A stretch of DNA of 64,000 nt from Phaeosaccion multiseriatum. Its lineage: Eukaryota > Protista > Ochrophyta, other classes. Below are positions 48,801 through 60,939 of the stretch, piece after piece. The stretch spans positions 3,782,001-3,846,000 of the forward strand of contig OZ218952.1 in assembly GCA_965112735.1 (NCBI GenBank), written 5' to 3'. The notes below the pieces were generated by a model. That model saw nothing but the letters and a program-made list of their open reading frames with translations. It was not told where the DNA came from and did not search any database. The translations under genes and the position numbers were made by a program. Every line of letters begins with the position of its first letter. Position 1 is the first letter of the stretch.

Positions 48801-50556
48801 GTCACCCTCACTGCCTGTCGCACTCGCAGTGCTTCGCAGTTCTGCCCATTCCCTTCCCCCATCTGCCCTCCTTCCCTCGCTGACCATGTGCGTGTGTATG
48901 TCGCCCTACAGCCGCCCCGGCTCGACTGTGCCCCTACATCCCTCATTCCTCCTTCCCTCCCTCCCCTTCCTTCTCCCTCCCCGCATGGTCAGACAAACGC
49001 TGTTGCCTCACTCTCTCACTCACTCTGACTCCCCTGCCCACTCGCTGACTGACTCACTGACTCACTGACTCACTCGAGTCCCTCCCTCACTCACTCACCC
49101 ACAGCGTAGGGCAGCTGCTCGGCCACCAGTGCCCACCCCCCCTGAAAGTTGGTCTCAACGTCGAAGATGTGCATGGAGCCGCCTGCCCCTCTGCACACCC
49201 CACCGTCCTTGGCATACAGCTCAGCCATGACCTGCATACAGAGAGGGGGAGGAGGAGGGGGAGGGAGGCAGAAAGGGAGAGAGAGGGAAGGAGGACAAGG
49301 AGGGGGGGAGGGGGGAGAGAGATGGGGCAGTCAACTGAGCCATCCATGGGTGGAGAGTGGTGGGGTGGGATGCAGATGAGGAGCCGCAGCGGAAAGAAGG
49401 CCTTTCCACCGCTCAGTTTGCTTTCTTCCTTCTCATCCTCCCCTCCAGTTTGTCAAGGTAGTCCATCGACTAATCCACTGCACCCTCCTCCTCCGACCCC
49501 ATCCCCCCCTCCCTCCCTCCCTCTCTCCCTCCCGGCCTCCCTCCCTCCCTTCCTCACCCACCTTCTCTGCGGGCACTCCCGAGGCGAGTGCGTGTGTGTG
49601 CTCCCTGTAGTAGCTGTACTTCTTGTCGCCCTTGTTGATGCTGTTGGCCACGAGAGCCGGGATGGACTCCTGCCCATTGTCCAAGTGCATGAATCCTCGG
49701 ATGTGCTGCTGCATGTAGCCCTGCGTACATGAGTTCTCGAATTGGCGGCACAGCTGCGGGTATGTGCATGTGTGTCCATGTGGGTAGAAGGGGGGGGGTC
49801 GGGGGGGGGGGCAGTTTTGACAAGAGAGAGAGAGAGAGGGGGGGGGGGATGTAAGCTATCGCCATTTGCTTGCCTTCGCCTGTATTCTACCCACCCAATC
49901 CACCCACCCACTGCCCCCTGCCCGACACTCACCTGCATCATCTGGTAGGCGCTCTTGAGCTCATCCTTGGTGAGAGAGTCGTACTTGCTGACTTGCTCGG
50001 CGTTGAGTCCGAAACGCTCCACCAGGTCCCGCTTGCTGTCTTCCCAGCTGATGTTGACGGGGGGCCGCATCTGACCCGAGGGCTTCTCCTCCACTGCCGC
50101 GACCTTGGTGGTCACCTGAGCATGACGATGGTGGGGGTGGTGGTGGTGGTGGTGATGATGATGACGACGACGACGACACATACATCCACATCCATATCCA
50201 TCCATTGATGGGTCCAGAGAGCCAGGTCAAGAGGTCAAGAGAGCATCAGGTCAGTGTGGGAAGAAGAGGTCTCGTTCTGAGGCGGAGAGGCCGTTTATTG
50301 TCACCACCACTTCCCCTGCTGCCACAGAGAGGGGAGAGAGAGGGCAACTAGCAGGGGGTCTATCTGTCTCTGTTTTCTGTGACTGCGACAGTGTATCGAG
50401 ATTGATAGGCAGTCATGCAACCCGTACCTCGATCACCGTCGAGGCCATCCGCAGAGGAGTGTTGCGGACGCCACCCACCGCCTACGTAAGGGGAAGGATC
50501 GGGTGAGATGGGAGACACGGGGCAAGAGGAGGAGACGGCGCAAAGCAGAAGGCATC

Positions 50557-50589
<33 letters not shown>

Positions 50590-50827
50590 GAGCACACACA
50601 GAGGATGACGGCCTCCTCCAGAGAGTTGCAAAAGGCATACATGTCATAGGGTAGGGTACCCACAAATGCGCTACGCCCTCTCTCACCTGAGGGGCAGTAA
50701 GGCCATGCTGCTGCTGGTGCTGCTGCTTGAGCTGCAGAGAGGGGAAGTGCTGCACAAACGCCTCAGTGGAGGTAGTCCCTGCTAGCACAGCCAACGCAGC
50801 TAGGAGAGCTACACCGGCAGACTTCAT
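43577..50827 (-). CDS. pdhA/pdhB: Plastid pyruvate dehydrogenase E1, fused alpha+beta subunits, with bipartite targeting presequence
   Basis: Signal peptide [25 protein letters not shown]. Alpha motifs: [49 protein letters not shown] linker follows, then beta motifs: [53 protein letters not shown]. One transcription unit ending with TAA at 43577. Confidence 0.93.
46536..46935 (+). repeat. Compound (GGTA)n/(GGCA)n/GGTGCGTA microsatellite in a PDH intron
   Basis: Directly visible. Confidence 0.9.
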
Positions 50828-51873
50828 GCTCGGGCTGCTACTGTGTCCACTCGTGTGCCTGTCGCTCCTCTGTCTACGGCTGCTGGGCTGTCGTTGTTGT
50901 TTATAGTCTCCTGTTAGTATTGCAGGCAAGGGAAGGAAGGGTGTGAGAAGGCTGAAGACACGAGCAAAGTGGTCAGGAAAGAGGGTGGGGAAGGGGGGGG
51001 TGAAAGGAGAAGAAATGCCTCCATTCGGGGGGGGGAGAGCGTAGGGGTGGGGGGGAACGTGAGAGTGACGTTGAGATACGCCGACTACAAGTAGGGGCAA
51101 TTAACCAGTAGCCTGCCACGCGACAGTAGCAAAGCACAGAAAAACAATCTCCATTGCGGTGTGTGGCAGGAGCGTATGTGGTGGTGGAAGTTAGGGCCTC
51201 AACTCTCTTCCTTTCCCCCTTCCTGTCTTTCCTCATGCTGCATTATAACCCATTCTTTCAGCGACCCTTTCATTCCCTTCCCGCCACATCTCGGCCCCGA
51301 GCTCCCGCACCTCAGTACAAGAGCACACAGGCTACAAGATGGCCCCCGTGAATCCGTCCTGCTGTCCTCCTATTCTTCTTTTGTTCTCCTTTTACTTACC
51401 GGATAATTTGGTGACGCGCGAGTACGGTTCCAGCCTGTATGCCTGCATGACATCCACCTTGAACGCAAACTGTCGTCCATTGCCATCGCCTTCCCGTTAC
51501 GGGACATTTTTCCTGCTTTGATTGATAGAGCAGCAGCAAGACGAGGAAGGAGCACTCGAGCTGATATCGGAGTCGGAGGAGTTGGATATGAGGTGAAGTA
51601 GCAACAGGGGCTCTCGCTGCTGCGGAACAGAGCCCTTGTGAGAGCAATCAGAGGGGCCCAAAGAGAAAAGAGAAGGTCGCGAGGGGAGAAGATTTGCTCG
51701 CTTCTTGCGTAGAGAAGGGCAGAGAGGTGCTGAAACCCAACAGGGCCTTATGCCAGAGAGGTGGGTTTAGAAGTGAGGGGGGAGGAGGTTACCTCTCCAG
51801 TATCGTTCAATCTGAAAAGAGGAGCGAGAGGGGAGAGACAAAGTGAACGGGAAAGACTGGTATAAAAGAGAAG

Positions 51874-54800
51874 ATGGTGGAAGTGAGGAAGCAGGTAACG
51901 GACATTGTCATCTCCCCGGACACGGAGGACATCGCCGACTTGGCCATTGTTGTGCACTTTGTCGTGGAGTCCACCAAGGTCGACGAGAATGGTGAGTCAA
52001 TCAGCCAAAGCTTACTTCACTTCCTCCCTCTCTTGAGCATGTACACTAGACGCAGGCTATTCTATCGCTCGCTCACTGGCAAGTCCGTGCTGTAGTACAA
52101 CAGATATTGAAGCACACAGAAGAAGAACAACAAAGTTACCACGCCCAAGCTGAATTTACCACCCCACCACCACGTCGCCGTCTCTTCTCTGTCTCCACAG
52201 GCGATGCTATCAGCGGAGAGCGCAAGCGTGAGCGCAAGCACAAGCGCGTCCGCCTGGCCAAAAAGCTCAAGGCGTCCACTGTGGTCTCCAAGCTCGCGAG
52301 GGACGTCATGAAGCTGTGCCCCTTCATTCACGTGTCTAAGAAGGACGAGCTGGAGAAGGTGCTGCAGGAGCTTCAACACCTCCTCATTCGGTGCGTACGG
52401 ACTCACAGTGATCGGTAACGCATACCGGTTTTGTATGACTGCTTCCGTTACTGGATAAGTTATGCCAGGGGGGAGTGGGTGGCAACGGGGGAGGGTCGTC
52501 CTCCGATCCTTTCCGTGTCCATCGTACCGAACCCCTCACGTATGCTATCCCGAGCAGCAGATCCTTCGTGCGCCCTTCTTCTGCCTTCCCCTCCTCTGCT
52601 CGTCTGGAACCCTGTCCAAATTTAAAGAACTGATTTGAGACCTCTTGCCTGGTTTGACCCTCACCTCAACCCTCACCACCCCCACTGTTAGCCTCATCAG
52701 AACCTTGTCTTATGCTGCCTTCTTGCCGTGCCCTCTGCTCTCTGCCCTCATGCAGCGAGGACATCAGAGCGACGACAGCAGAGGAGGGGGGCGACTGGTG
52801 GAAGCACGACGACGAGACAGGGGAGGAAGACGACGACGGAGGTAAGGCATTCAAAGTCGGAGGGAGGGAAGACATGCATGGCCGTGGATGGGGGCTGCGG
52901 GGTTTGGCAAGGAGGACGGCCTGTGACAGAACAGAGCGTTGAGAACACTTCCTTCTACACTGCCTCAATGAATGGTCCCCTGCGGCGTCACTCACTCACT
53001 CACTCACTCACTCACTCACTCACTCACTCACTCACTCACTCACTCACTCACTCACTCACTCACTCACTCACTCACTCACTCACTCACTCACTCACTCACT
53101 CACTCACTCACTCACTCACTCACTCACTCACTCACTCACTCACTCACTCACTCACTCACTCACTCACTCACTCACTCACTCACTCACTCACTCACTCACT
53201 CACTCACTCACTCACTCACTCACTCACTCACTCACTCACTCACTCACTCACTCACTCACTCACTCACTCACTCACTCACTCACTCACTCACTCACTCACT
53301 CACTCACTCACTCACTCACTCACTCACTCACTCACTCTCTCACTCACTCACGCACAGGGCCGGCGGACCTTTCAAAGCTGGAGGACTACATCGAGCTGCT
53401 GTACGAGGGCAGCAAGGACAACATGGGACCCAAGATCAGGTCAGTAGTGACTGCCAGTCAGTCAGTCAGTCAGTCAGTCAGGAGGGTCAGTGAGCGTCAG
53501 TCAATACGTGCCTGCTTGCGTGTGTTGCGTACGTTTCTGCTCTGGTGCTTGGGTGTGCCTCGGCCCTGCTTCCCACTCATCCCCTCCTGCGGTCCTTCTC
53601 GCCCCCCTCCACCCCTCTCTTCTTCCTTCTCCAGGGGGACGGCCAAGATTCTGGAACTGTGCCATCACGTCGACAACCTCGAGCTCCTTATACAGGTGAG
53701 AGACAGGCATATAAACATGAAGAGGTGTATGGTCACACACAGCCCACAGCCCACACAATGACAGACGAACAAGCATATTGCAATGCAAACCGTTACCCTG
53801 CCTCATGAATACCCTTCCGAACGCCTCATCTACGTGCTTTGTCCTTCTTCCTTCGACCTCCTCCTCCCCTTGGTCTCAGGATACAACCCTGATGGGCGCT
53901 GTGACCCGTGTGCTGGGCGACGAGTACAAGAGCAGCGTGGCGCTCTGCTACAACATCATGAGGATGTTCCTCGCCTTTTGTAACTTTGGGGTCATGCACC
54001 CCATTCTGGCCCAGTACCGCGTCGGCAGCGTCACCATGAAGATCGGTGGGTAGGGGAGGGGAGGGGAGGGGGGGATTCGGAGGAGTATGGGCAGAGCGAG
54101 AGAGAGGGGGAAGAGGGAGAGAGAGCGACGGACAGACGGGGGAAAACAAGAATAGGCAACGTGACCATGATGGCCGGGGATGGGAACGATAGATTTGACT
54201 TACAGCAGTAGGCCTAAGCATACGCAAGGGGGAGGAGACAGTGAGCGACGGCAATACACATCCCGACTGTGAATCAATGCGTCTAATCATCTTCCTCTCT
54301 CCCTCACCCCCCCCCCTCTGCTGTGTGTGTGCGTGTAGTGGAGTTGGAGGTGAAGCGGGCCCAGCATAGAGAGGAGGAGCGGAAGAAGCGACGGTTACAG
54401 AGCGAGAGGGACAAGTCGTCAAGCACGCAGACCAGCAGCGAGCTCCAGGCCATGAGGCGCAAACTGGAGAGGGACGAGCTCAAGTGGAGCATTCAGAGCA
54501 AGCAGCAGGACAAGCTCCTCTTCGTGTGCTTCCACGTCCTTATCAACCTCGCTGAGGACGTGCAGACCGAGAAGAAGATGGTGCGTGTGACAGCCTGCTG
54601 ACAGACAGACTGACTGACTGACCGACTATCTGACTGACTGACAGACTGGCTGACTGGCTGGCTGACTGACTTACTGACTGACTAACTCCTCCCTCCCTCC
54701 CTCCCTCCCTCCGTCCACACCCCCCTCCCTTCTACCCCCGTATCACCAACAGGTGAAGAAGGGCCTTGTGGAGCACTTGGGCGCGCTCTTGGACCGCACT

Positions 54801-57122
54801 AGCGTGAACCTTTTGTATCTTGTGGTGACCTTCCTCAAAAAGCTGAGCATCTTTGAGGAGAACAAAGAGCGCATGTGCGAGGCAGACATCGCTAAGCACC
54901 TCGGTAAGGCAGGGGCCGTAAGGCAGTCAGGCATCATGTTATAGTCAGGAGCACTTCGCTGTCGAGATTGGTGTCGAGATTGATGTCGATATTCATGTCG
55001 ATGTCCAGGGAGGTGAAATGGAACTCTCCCCACAACAACCTTGCCTTTCTCTCGCCTCCTCCCTCATCTTCCACGTACCTGCATGTAATACGTACATACA
55101 CACATACGTGCGTATCCCTCCCCTCCCCTCCCCTTCCCTCCCCTTCCCTTCCCTTCCCTTCCCTTCCCTTCCCTTCCCTTCCCTTCCCTTCCCTTCTCAG
55201 TCAAGCTGGTGGGCTGCTCGTGCGAGCCTCTGACGGTAATGTCCCTGCGGCTGCTGTACAATGTCAGCTTCGACCGCGCCATCCGACAGCAACTCGTCAA
55301 GGGCGGCCTCATACCCAAGCTCGTTGACTTGCTCAAGGACAACGAAAGGTAAGATGGGGGTGGGGGTGGGGTTGAGGGATGGCAGTGGATGACAAGGTGG
55401 GGCTATAAAGTGTGTGTGTATGTGTGCTCATCCCATGTACCCCCCCCCCTTCCCACCCACAGACCCACCTACCGCGGCCGATGCCTCCGCCTTCTCTACC
55501 ATATGAGCATCGACGACCGCACCAAGAGCCTCTTTGCGTACGCCCAGGCCCTTCCCGTAGTTGTCCAACTCGTCCTCAACTTCCCCAAAGAGATGCTCGC
55601 CAAGGAGCTCGGTGCCCTCGCCGTCAACCTCAGTCACTGCCCCCGCAACGCCGAGCTCATGTCCGAGAAGAGAGGGTTGCAGCATCTGGTGGCGCGATTG
55701 GAGGAGCATCGCGACCCGCTGCTGGCCAAGGTGATTCGCAACATTGCCCTTTGGACGTACAGTGTGCAGTCGGAGCTCGCCCGCCCGGAGAGAGAGTACA
55801 AGTTCAGGTGGGGGAGAGTGGGAGTGTGTGGGTGTGGGAGAATGGGAGTGTGTGGGTGGGGGAGAGTGGGAGTGTGTGGGGGTGGGAGTGGAGTGTCGGA
55901 GTGTGGGGGTGGGGTGTGTGCAGATGTGGGGCGGTTGTAGGGAGGGGGTGTCGGGGTGGGTGTGCGGTGGGAGCAGGTGGGGGCAGGGTGGGCATGGTTG
56001 TGAGTCGTCTTGTGATTGACAGCAAGTCTGACCCTGACCCCGACCTTGACCCTGACTCCGGCGTTTGCTGGTCAGACAACTGTGGCCTCTCTGCTTGGAG
56101 CAGCTTCTTGATGTAATGACGGACACGGAGAGCCATGACGTCATGATCGAGGTGAGGTATAGGCATTGGCATACGGGCACAGGCAGGCATACGGGCATAG
56201 GCAGGCATATGGACTTAGGCACAAGCAGAGGAAAGGCGTACGCATGGGTACGGGCATGGTCAGGGGCAAACAGGCATAGGCAGGCATATGGGCAAAGGCA
56301 TAGGCATATACGGGCAGAAGCATATGGGCAGAAGCTGACCCCTCGTCCTGACACCAGGTGATGGGCACGCTGTCGTGCCTGACGGAGCTGGACTTCCCCA
56401 AGGACGTGACGTGGGAGGAGGTGGTGAAGAAGTACAATCTCATCCCGTTCCTGTGCAAACTCCTGGTGCCCGGCATGGCGCAGAATGACGTGCTGCTGGA
56501 GGTGGTCATTCTCGTGGGGCAGTTCGCCACCGACGCCAAGGTAAGGGTAAAGCAGGAATGGGCAAACTTCAATTTGGGGTATTGAGAGTATCTTAACTCA
56601 CTCGCGCACCTCCATCCCTCCAACTCCAGTGGATAGCCGTTTGCCACTCCACTTCCCCTCGCCTCGCCTCGCCTGTTTCCCTTCATCTCGACGTGGATCA
56701 TCCCCTGCGTCTGCTCCACGGCTTCACCTGCCTTTCCCCCTCTTACCGTACATGATGCGACGGAATGACCCACCGAGAAACCAACCGAATGACCAGCGAA
56801 TGAATGACCGACGGCATGACTAACCGAATGACCAAACCTTCCTTCCCTCTTGACAGGTGGCGCGTCTGCTGGGCACGAGCAACATCGTATCTGCGCTGCA
56901 CGAGCTCATGCTCGACGCCGCCACAGATGACGTGGAGATGAAACTGCAGTTGCTCTATACCTTGTGGAGGCTCCTCAAGCACCCAGAGACCAGAGAGGTG
57001 AGTGTGAGTGTGAGGTTATGTGCATGTGTGTGTGTGAGAGTGTGTGGTGTGAGTGTGTGTGTGTGCGTGCGTGTTTGCGTGTGTGTGTGTGCTTGCGTGG
57101 TGTGAGTGTGTGTGTGCGTGTT

Positions 57123-57165
<43 letters not shown>

Positions 57166-58465
57166 AAGTTAAGAAGGCCTTCCCGAACCCCAACCCACAC
57201 TCTCACAGCTAACCCCTCTCACAACTAACCCCTCAAACCGCACCCCTCACGCCTCACCGCCACTAACCGACCACCCACCGCAGGAGGTGATGTGTAGCGA
57301 CAGCTCCTTCAACGAGGCCCTAGCGGCACTCTCCTGTAACCACCCCCCCACCCGGGAGATGGCGGATCTGTACCTTGACCTGGTGCTTGAGCTCGAGAGA
57401 AACGAGGACGGGTCGTTGGGAGAGTTGGGAAGGAAGGTGAGAGGGAGAGTGTGGCGTACGAGCGATGTGTGATGTGTGTGAGTGGGTCTGTGTGTATCCT
57501 GTGGTATCCATACGCAGCATAAGAGGTGGGAATAGCACGTACGCTCTGAGTGATGCCTTCTTTAGACGAATAGAGAAGCGAAGCGAAGGAGAAGATGCAC
57601 CAAGCGTCTTTTAACCTTCTCCGCCTTCCTTCCTTCCTTGCAGTTAGCATGCTCCTTCTCATTCCCCTCCTCTCCCCACACCAGGTGTTCCCTTTTCTAA
57701 CTCTCACCTCCGACCCCCCCACCTCTGTCTGCCTGTATGCCTTCTTTGGTCTACCCGTATATCGACCCATCAGATCCGCAAACGTCGCTTCGAGGCCTAC
57801 AACCGCGAGTGGCTGGCGCTGGACACTAGGGAGAACGGAGAAGGAGGCGGCGGCAACAACATGTCGGTAAGAAGAGAGGAGAGCAGTTATCTAAGAAGAA
57901 AAGAGCACCAAGCGCCTTGTGTAGGGGAAGGACGGTCGCTCCCTGCTCGTATTCGTCCTTGCCGTTCAACTGTATGTTGAGAAGCCTCCGGCGGATATAG
58001 AGAGAAGTAGCGGGTTGGGAAGCTAATCTTGCCACCGTACAGCGTTGTCCCACCGCCTTTGTTGCCTCAGAAGCGTTTGTCTTGCCGCGTCTTGTCGACC
58101 GCCTTTGTTGCCTCCTTCCTTCTCTTCTCCTACCCTACTCACACCCCTCCCCACCCCTTTTATATCACCAACAGTACAACCTGCACCACGGAGGAGGGGC
58201 GTACAGTGACGGCCTCAGCGAAGAGGAGCCCGACGAGTTAGCAGCAGGGAGGCGGCACAGCGAGGCTCTGGCTATGGAGATGATGGGGGGGGGGGGGGGG
58301 CACCCGCACCATGACATGATGGGCATCGGGAGAATGGGGGGGGGCAGGGGGCAGCACGACGAGCACTCTGATGTCAGTGATAATGACTCCCCGCGAGGAG
58401 GAGGAGGGGCGGGGGGCAAGTCACCCGTGCAGCAGAGGGATGAGTACGGGAACTACAGCAGGTGA
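51874..58465 (+). CDS. KAP3: Kinesin-associated protein 3 (non-motor subunit of heterotrimeric kinesin-2; KIFAP3/FLA3), multi-exon
   Basis: AIVVHFVVE...[114 protein letters not shown]. These are the KAP armadillo-repeat signatures. Confidence 0.93.
52989..53351 (+). repeat. (CACT)n tetranucleotide microsatellite, about 90 copies, directly upstream of a KAP3 splice acceptor
   Basis: Near-perfect run ending about 5 nt before cag|ggccggcgg (about 53357). Confidence 0.97.
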
Positions 58466-59403
58466 GACACAAGGAGGGGGGGGGGGGCGAGAGAGTGAAT
58501 GAGAGAGAGAGAGAGGGGGCGCGTGTGAATGAGGGAGAGAGGGAGAGCGAGAGAGAGAGAGAGAGATTGAGATTGAAAGAGAGATTGAATTCCATCGCGC
58601 GCGATGGTGGCAGTGTGCAGAGACGCTCAGGGCTGTCCGCGACTTACGCTTTCTGATCGCCCCTCTCGCCTCGCCTCCTCTCCGATCTCTTCCCTACTGC
58701 GTGTGTCATTTCTCACTTTCTGACGCCTTCGATCCTCCTTTCCTCCATGCTCTGCCCTCTGTCGACGTGCTTGGCGTTGTCTCTGCTTCTCCCCGTCCCT
58801 TGCTTCCTTCCTGCTGCCCCCACCTCTCTCTCTTTCTCTCTCGTCTCCCACGCACCATATATCAATGATGGAAAGGATGCATTCCGGGGGCGTTGAGGGG
58901 GAGGGCAAGAGCCGCGATGAGGACGCGTGGTCCAACAATGGCTGGCGGTAGCAGCAGCAGAGCAGCAATTGGTGATAAAGCAACCCAACCGCCCGCGGTG
59001 TCGGCGATCGATAGCAGCAACCGCAGTTGGTAGTAGCCTAAGCGGTCGGCGACAGCACAAGCCGGCCACTGACAGAAGCATAGCAGCAAGGCTTACAGGA
59101 GCCTCACATAAGAATACGTGTTGTGCACGGCATGCCCTCATTTTTACCTGATTCAAACTGGGGCTGCGTCCCCGTCCCTTCCCCTCGAAGCGAGCTGAGC
59201 GAGCCGAGCTGATCCCTTCCGTTACAACCGAGCTACGGTTCGACCCACCCCTCTTGCCCATCTACTCCAACAGCTTTCTCACTACTTACGTCGACCCTAT
59301 AGGCTATACAAAACAAACACACGACGAGAGCGCGCTTCGTCAAGCTCTCCGCCAACTCGCACTCTCACTCTGCCACGGGCGGCGCCTCTCACATTGCGTA
59401 ATG

Positions 59404-59626
59404 GAAGAGGGTCGGACCCTCTCCACCGGCGGCAGACAGCGTCCCAGTGGCTTTGGCAGGCTGAGCTTTCCTCCACAGTCATGCTTGCCCCCCTAAAAAA
59501 TGCCCAAACATACCAGCTTCGGAGCCCCTCCACAACAACTTCCCCTCTTGCAAGACAAAGGTCTCGTCTCGCTCGAACGCTCACCATCATCAACATCATG
59601 CACGTGCTCCTGGGCTTCATCACCGC
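59404..59626 (+). repeat. Inverted duplicate, part A (matches the reverse complement of 17583-17905 with an about 100-bp deletion)
   Basis: For example GGCAGACAGCGTCCCAGTGGCT and CTTCCCCTCTTGCAAGACAAAGGTCTCGTCTCGCTCGAAC occur in both places in opposite orientation. Confidence 0.92.
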
Positions 59627-60884
59627 CCTCGCCCTCGCCACCGCCGCCACCGTGCCTCCCGTCAAGGAGGACCAGCGTGAACTCGTCGAGGTGGACCAGC
59701 GTGAACTGTGAGTGCTCGAAGATGAGTGCGTTGCGTCTCTTTGCCTTACATATCCGCACGGTGTCTGCTCGAGTCGTCGTCTGGGGTAGACTCTTCTGAC
59801 GTCTCTCTGTCTCTTGCACTCGCTCCTCGTCTTCATTCTTCGTTGCCTTCGACTTGGTCTCGCTCCTCGTCTTCATTCTTCGCTGCCTTCGACTTGGATC
59901 GCTTGCTTCCCTCCCTCGTCGTCCTTCTGTAGGTACAGAGCCCCATTGGTGAGCTCCAAACCCCCTCTCCCCTTCTCCACTCGCCTTCCGCGCAACGCTG
60001 CCCCCAGCCCCCCTTACTTACATGTAACCGCCCTTCGACCCTTTGACCGTCTCTCTGCCCGGACTACCTTCCGCCCGTGACAAGTCGAGGTCACATAACT
60101 CCTCCCTGTCTCGCTTGACCCCAAAGATCACTCGCCCGAAGGAGCCAAATATGATATCCCCATGCGGCTCCACGTCGCCTCCCCCTTCTCCCCCACACAC
60201 CTTCCACCGCCTGAATCACGCTCCAGGTCAACGGTTGGCTGAGCGATGGGCCCAATACTCACCCTTGCTCCTCATCCCTTTTGCCGTCTCCTCATTCCCT
60301 TCTTCGCCGCTGCCACCGAATAATGATCTGTCGGCAATCGGCACACCACCCCTCTTCACCCTCGTGGGCCACTTCCGCAATGTTGAAAACGATACGGTGT
60401 CCACCGCTTCGCCCCTCTCTGCACATCGGTGAGCCGTGAAGGCCTACCGACTCTCCGCCGCGCCTTCCTCATCTACCTCCTTCTCTACCCACGCTCTCTG
60501 CCCTACGGCCCACATCACTTCACCCACGCCCTCCAACATGACGGATGAGACCCTTGTGACGAAAAAGTACTCCAGCGTCCTGTCGCGCAAGGTCAATCTA
60601 CACCGCCCCTTTCCCTTCCATCCCCGGCTCCAAGCGCGACTAGCCCCTCCATCAACCCCACCCTTCTGCCTGATGTTGCCTGCCCTCACCCCCCTTTTGA
60701 TCCTTGCTCGTTCATCCTCTGGACGGCGCCAAGGTTATCTCCACCTACTAGCACCGGAGCCCCTTTCCTCTCCCCCCTGACTCCTAGCTGGGCCACCGCA
60801 AAACCCTCCTCCACCACTGTTGCTGACCGTGCCATCAAGCTGGTCGGTACCCCTCTGTGGTTGGCGAAGCGGTTAACAGGCTAA
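59598..60884 (+). CDS. Putative small secreted protein (signal peptide plus repeated DQREL), probably several micro-exons; may be degenerate
   Basis: Exon 1 59598-59707 encodes MHVLLGFITALALATAATVPPVKEDQRELVEVDQREL and ends at gtgagt. A phase-compatible micro-exon lies at 59933-59948, and a candidate last exon at 60788-60884 (WATAKPSSTTVADRAIKLVGTPLWLAKRLTG*). Middle exons are unresolved. Confidence 0.45.
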
Positions 60885-60939
60885 CTGCGCTCTCTTTGAT
60901 GAATGCCAACAATGCCAGTGTCAGTTTTCCGACAGCAGT

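Noticed and set aside
51150-51850. Short ORFs between PDH and KAP3
   Set aside because: No recognisable domain; more simply the divergent promoter/UTR region.
52728-53493. (HSLT)n repeat protein ORFs
   Set aside because: Intronic (CACT)n microsatellite within KAP3.
58713-59261. 182-aa minus-strand ORF and overlapping ORFs after KAP3
   Set aside because: Non-ATG start, no recognisable motif, and no convincing splice structure.
59627-60939. 1.3-kb segment between duplicate parts A and B as a transposon insertion
   Set aside because: No terminal inverted repeats, target-site duplication or transposase/RT motifs. It continues the signal-peptide reading frame begun in part A, so a deletion in the other copy is more parsimonious.
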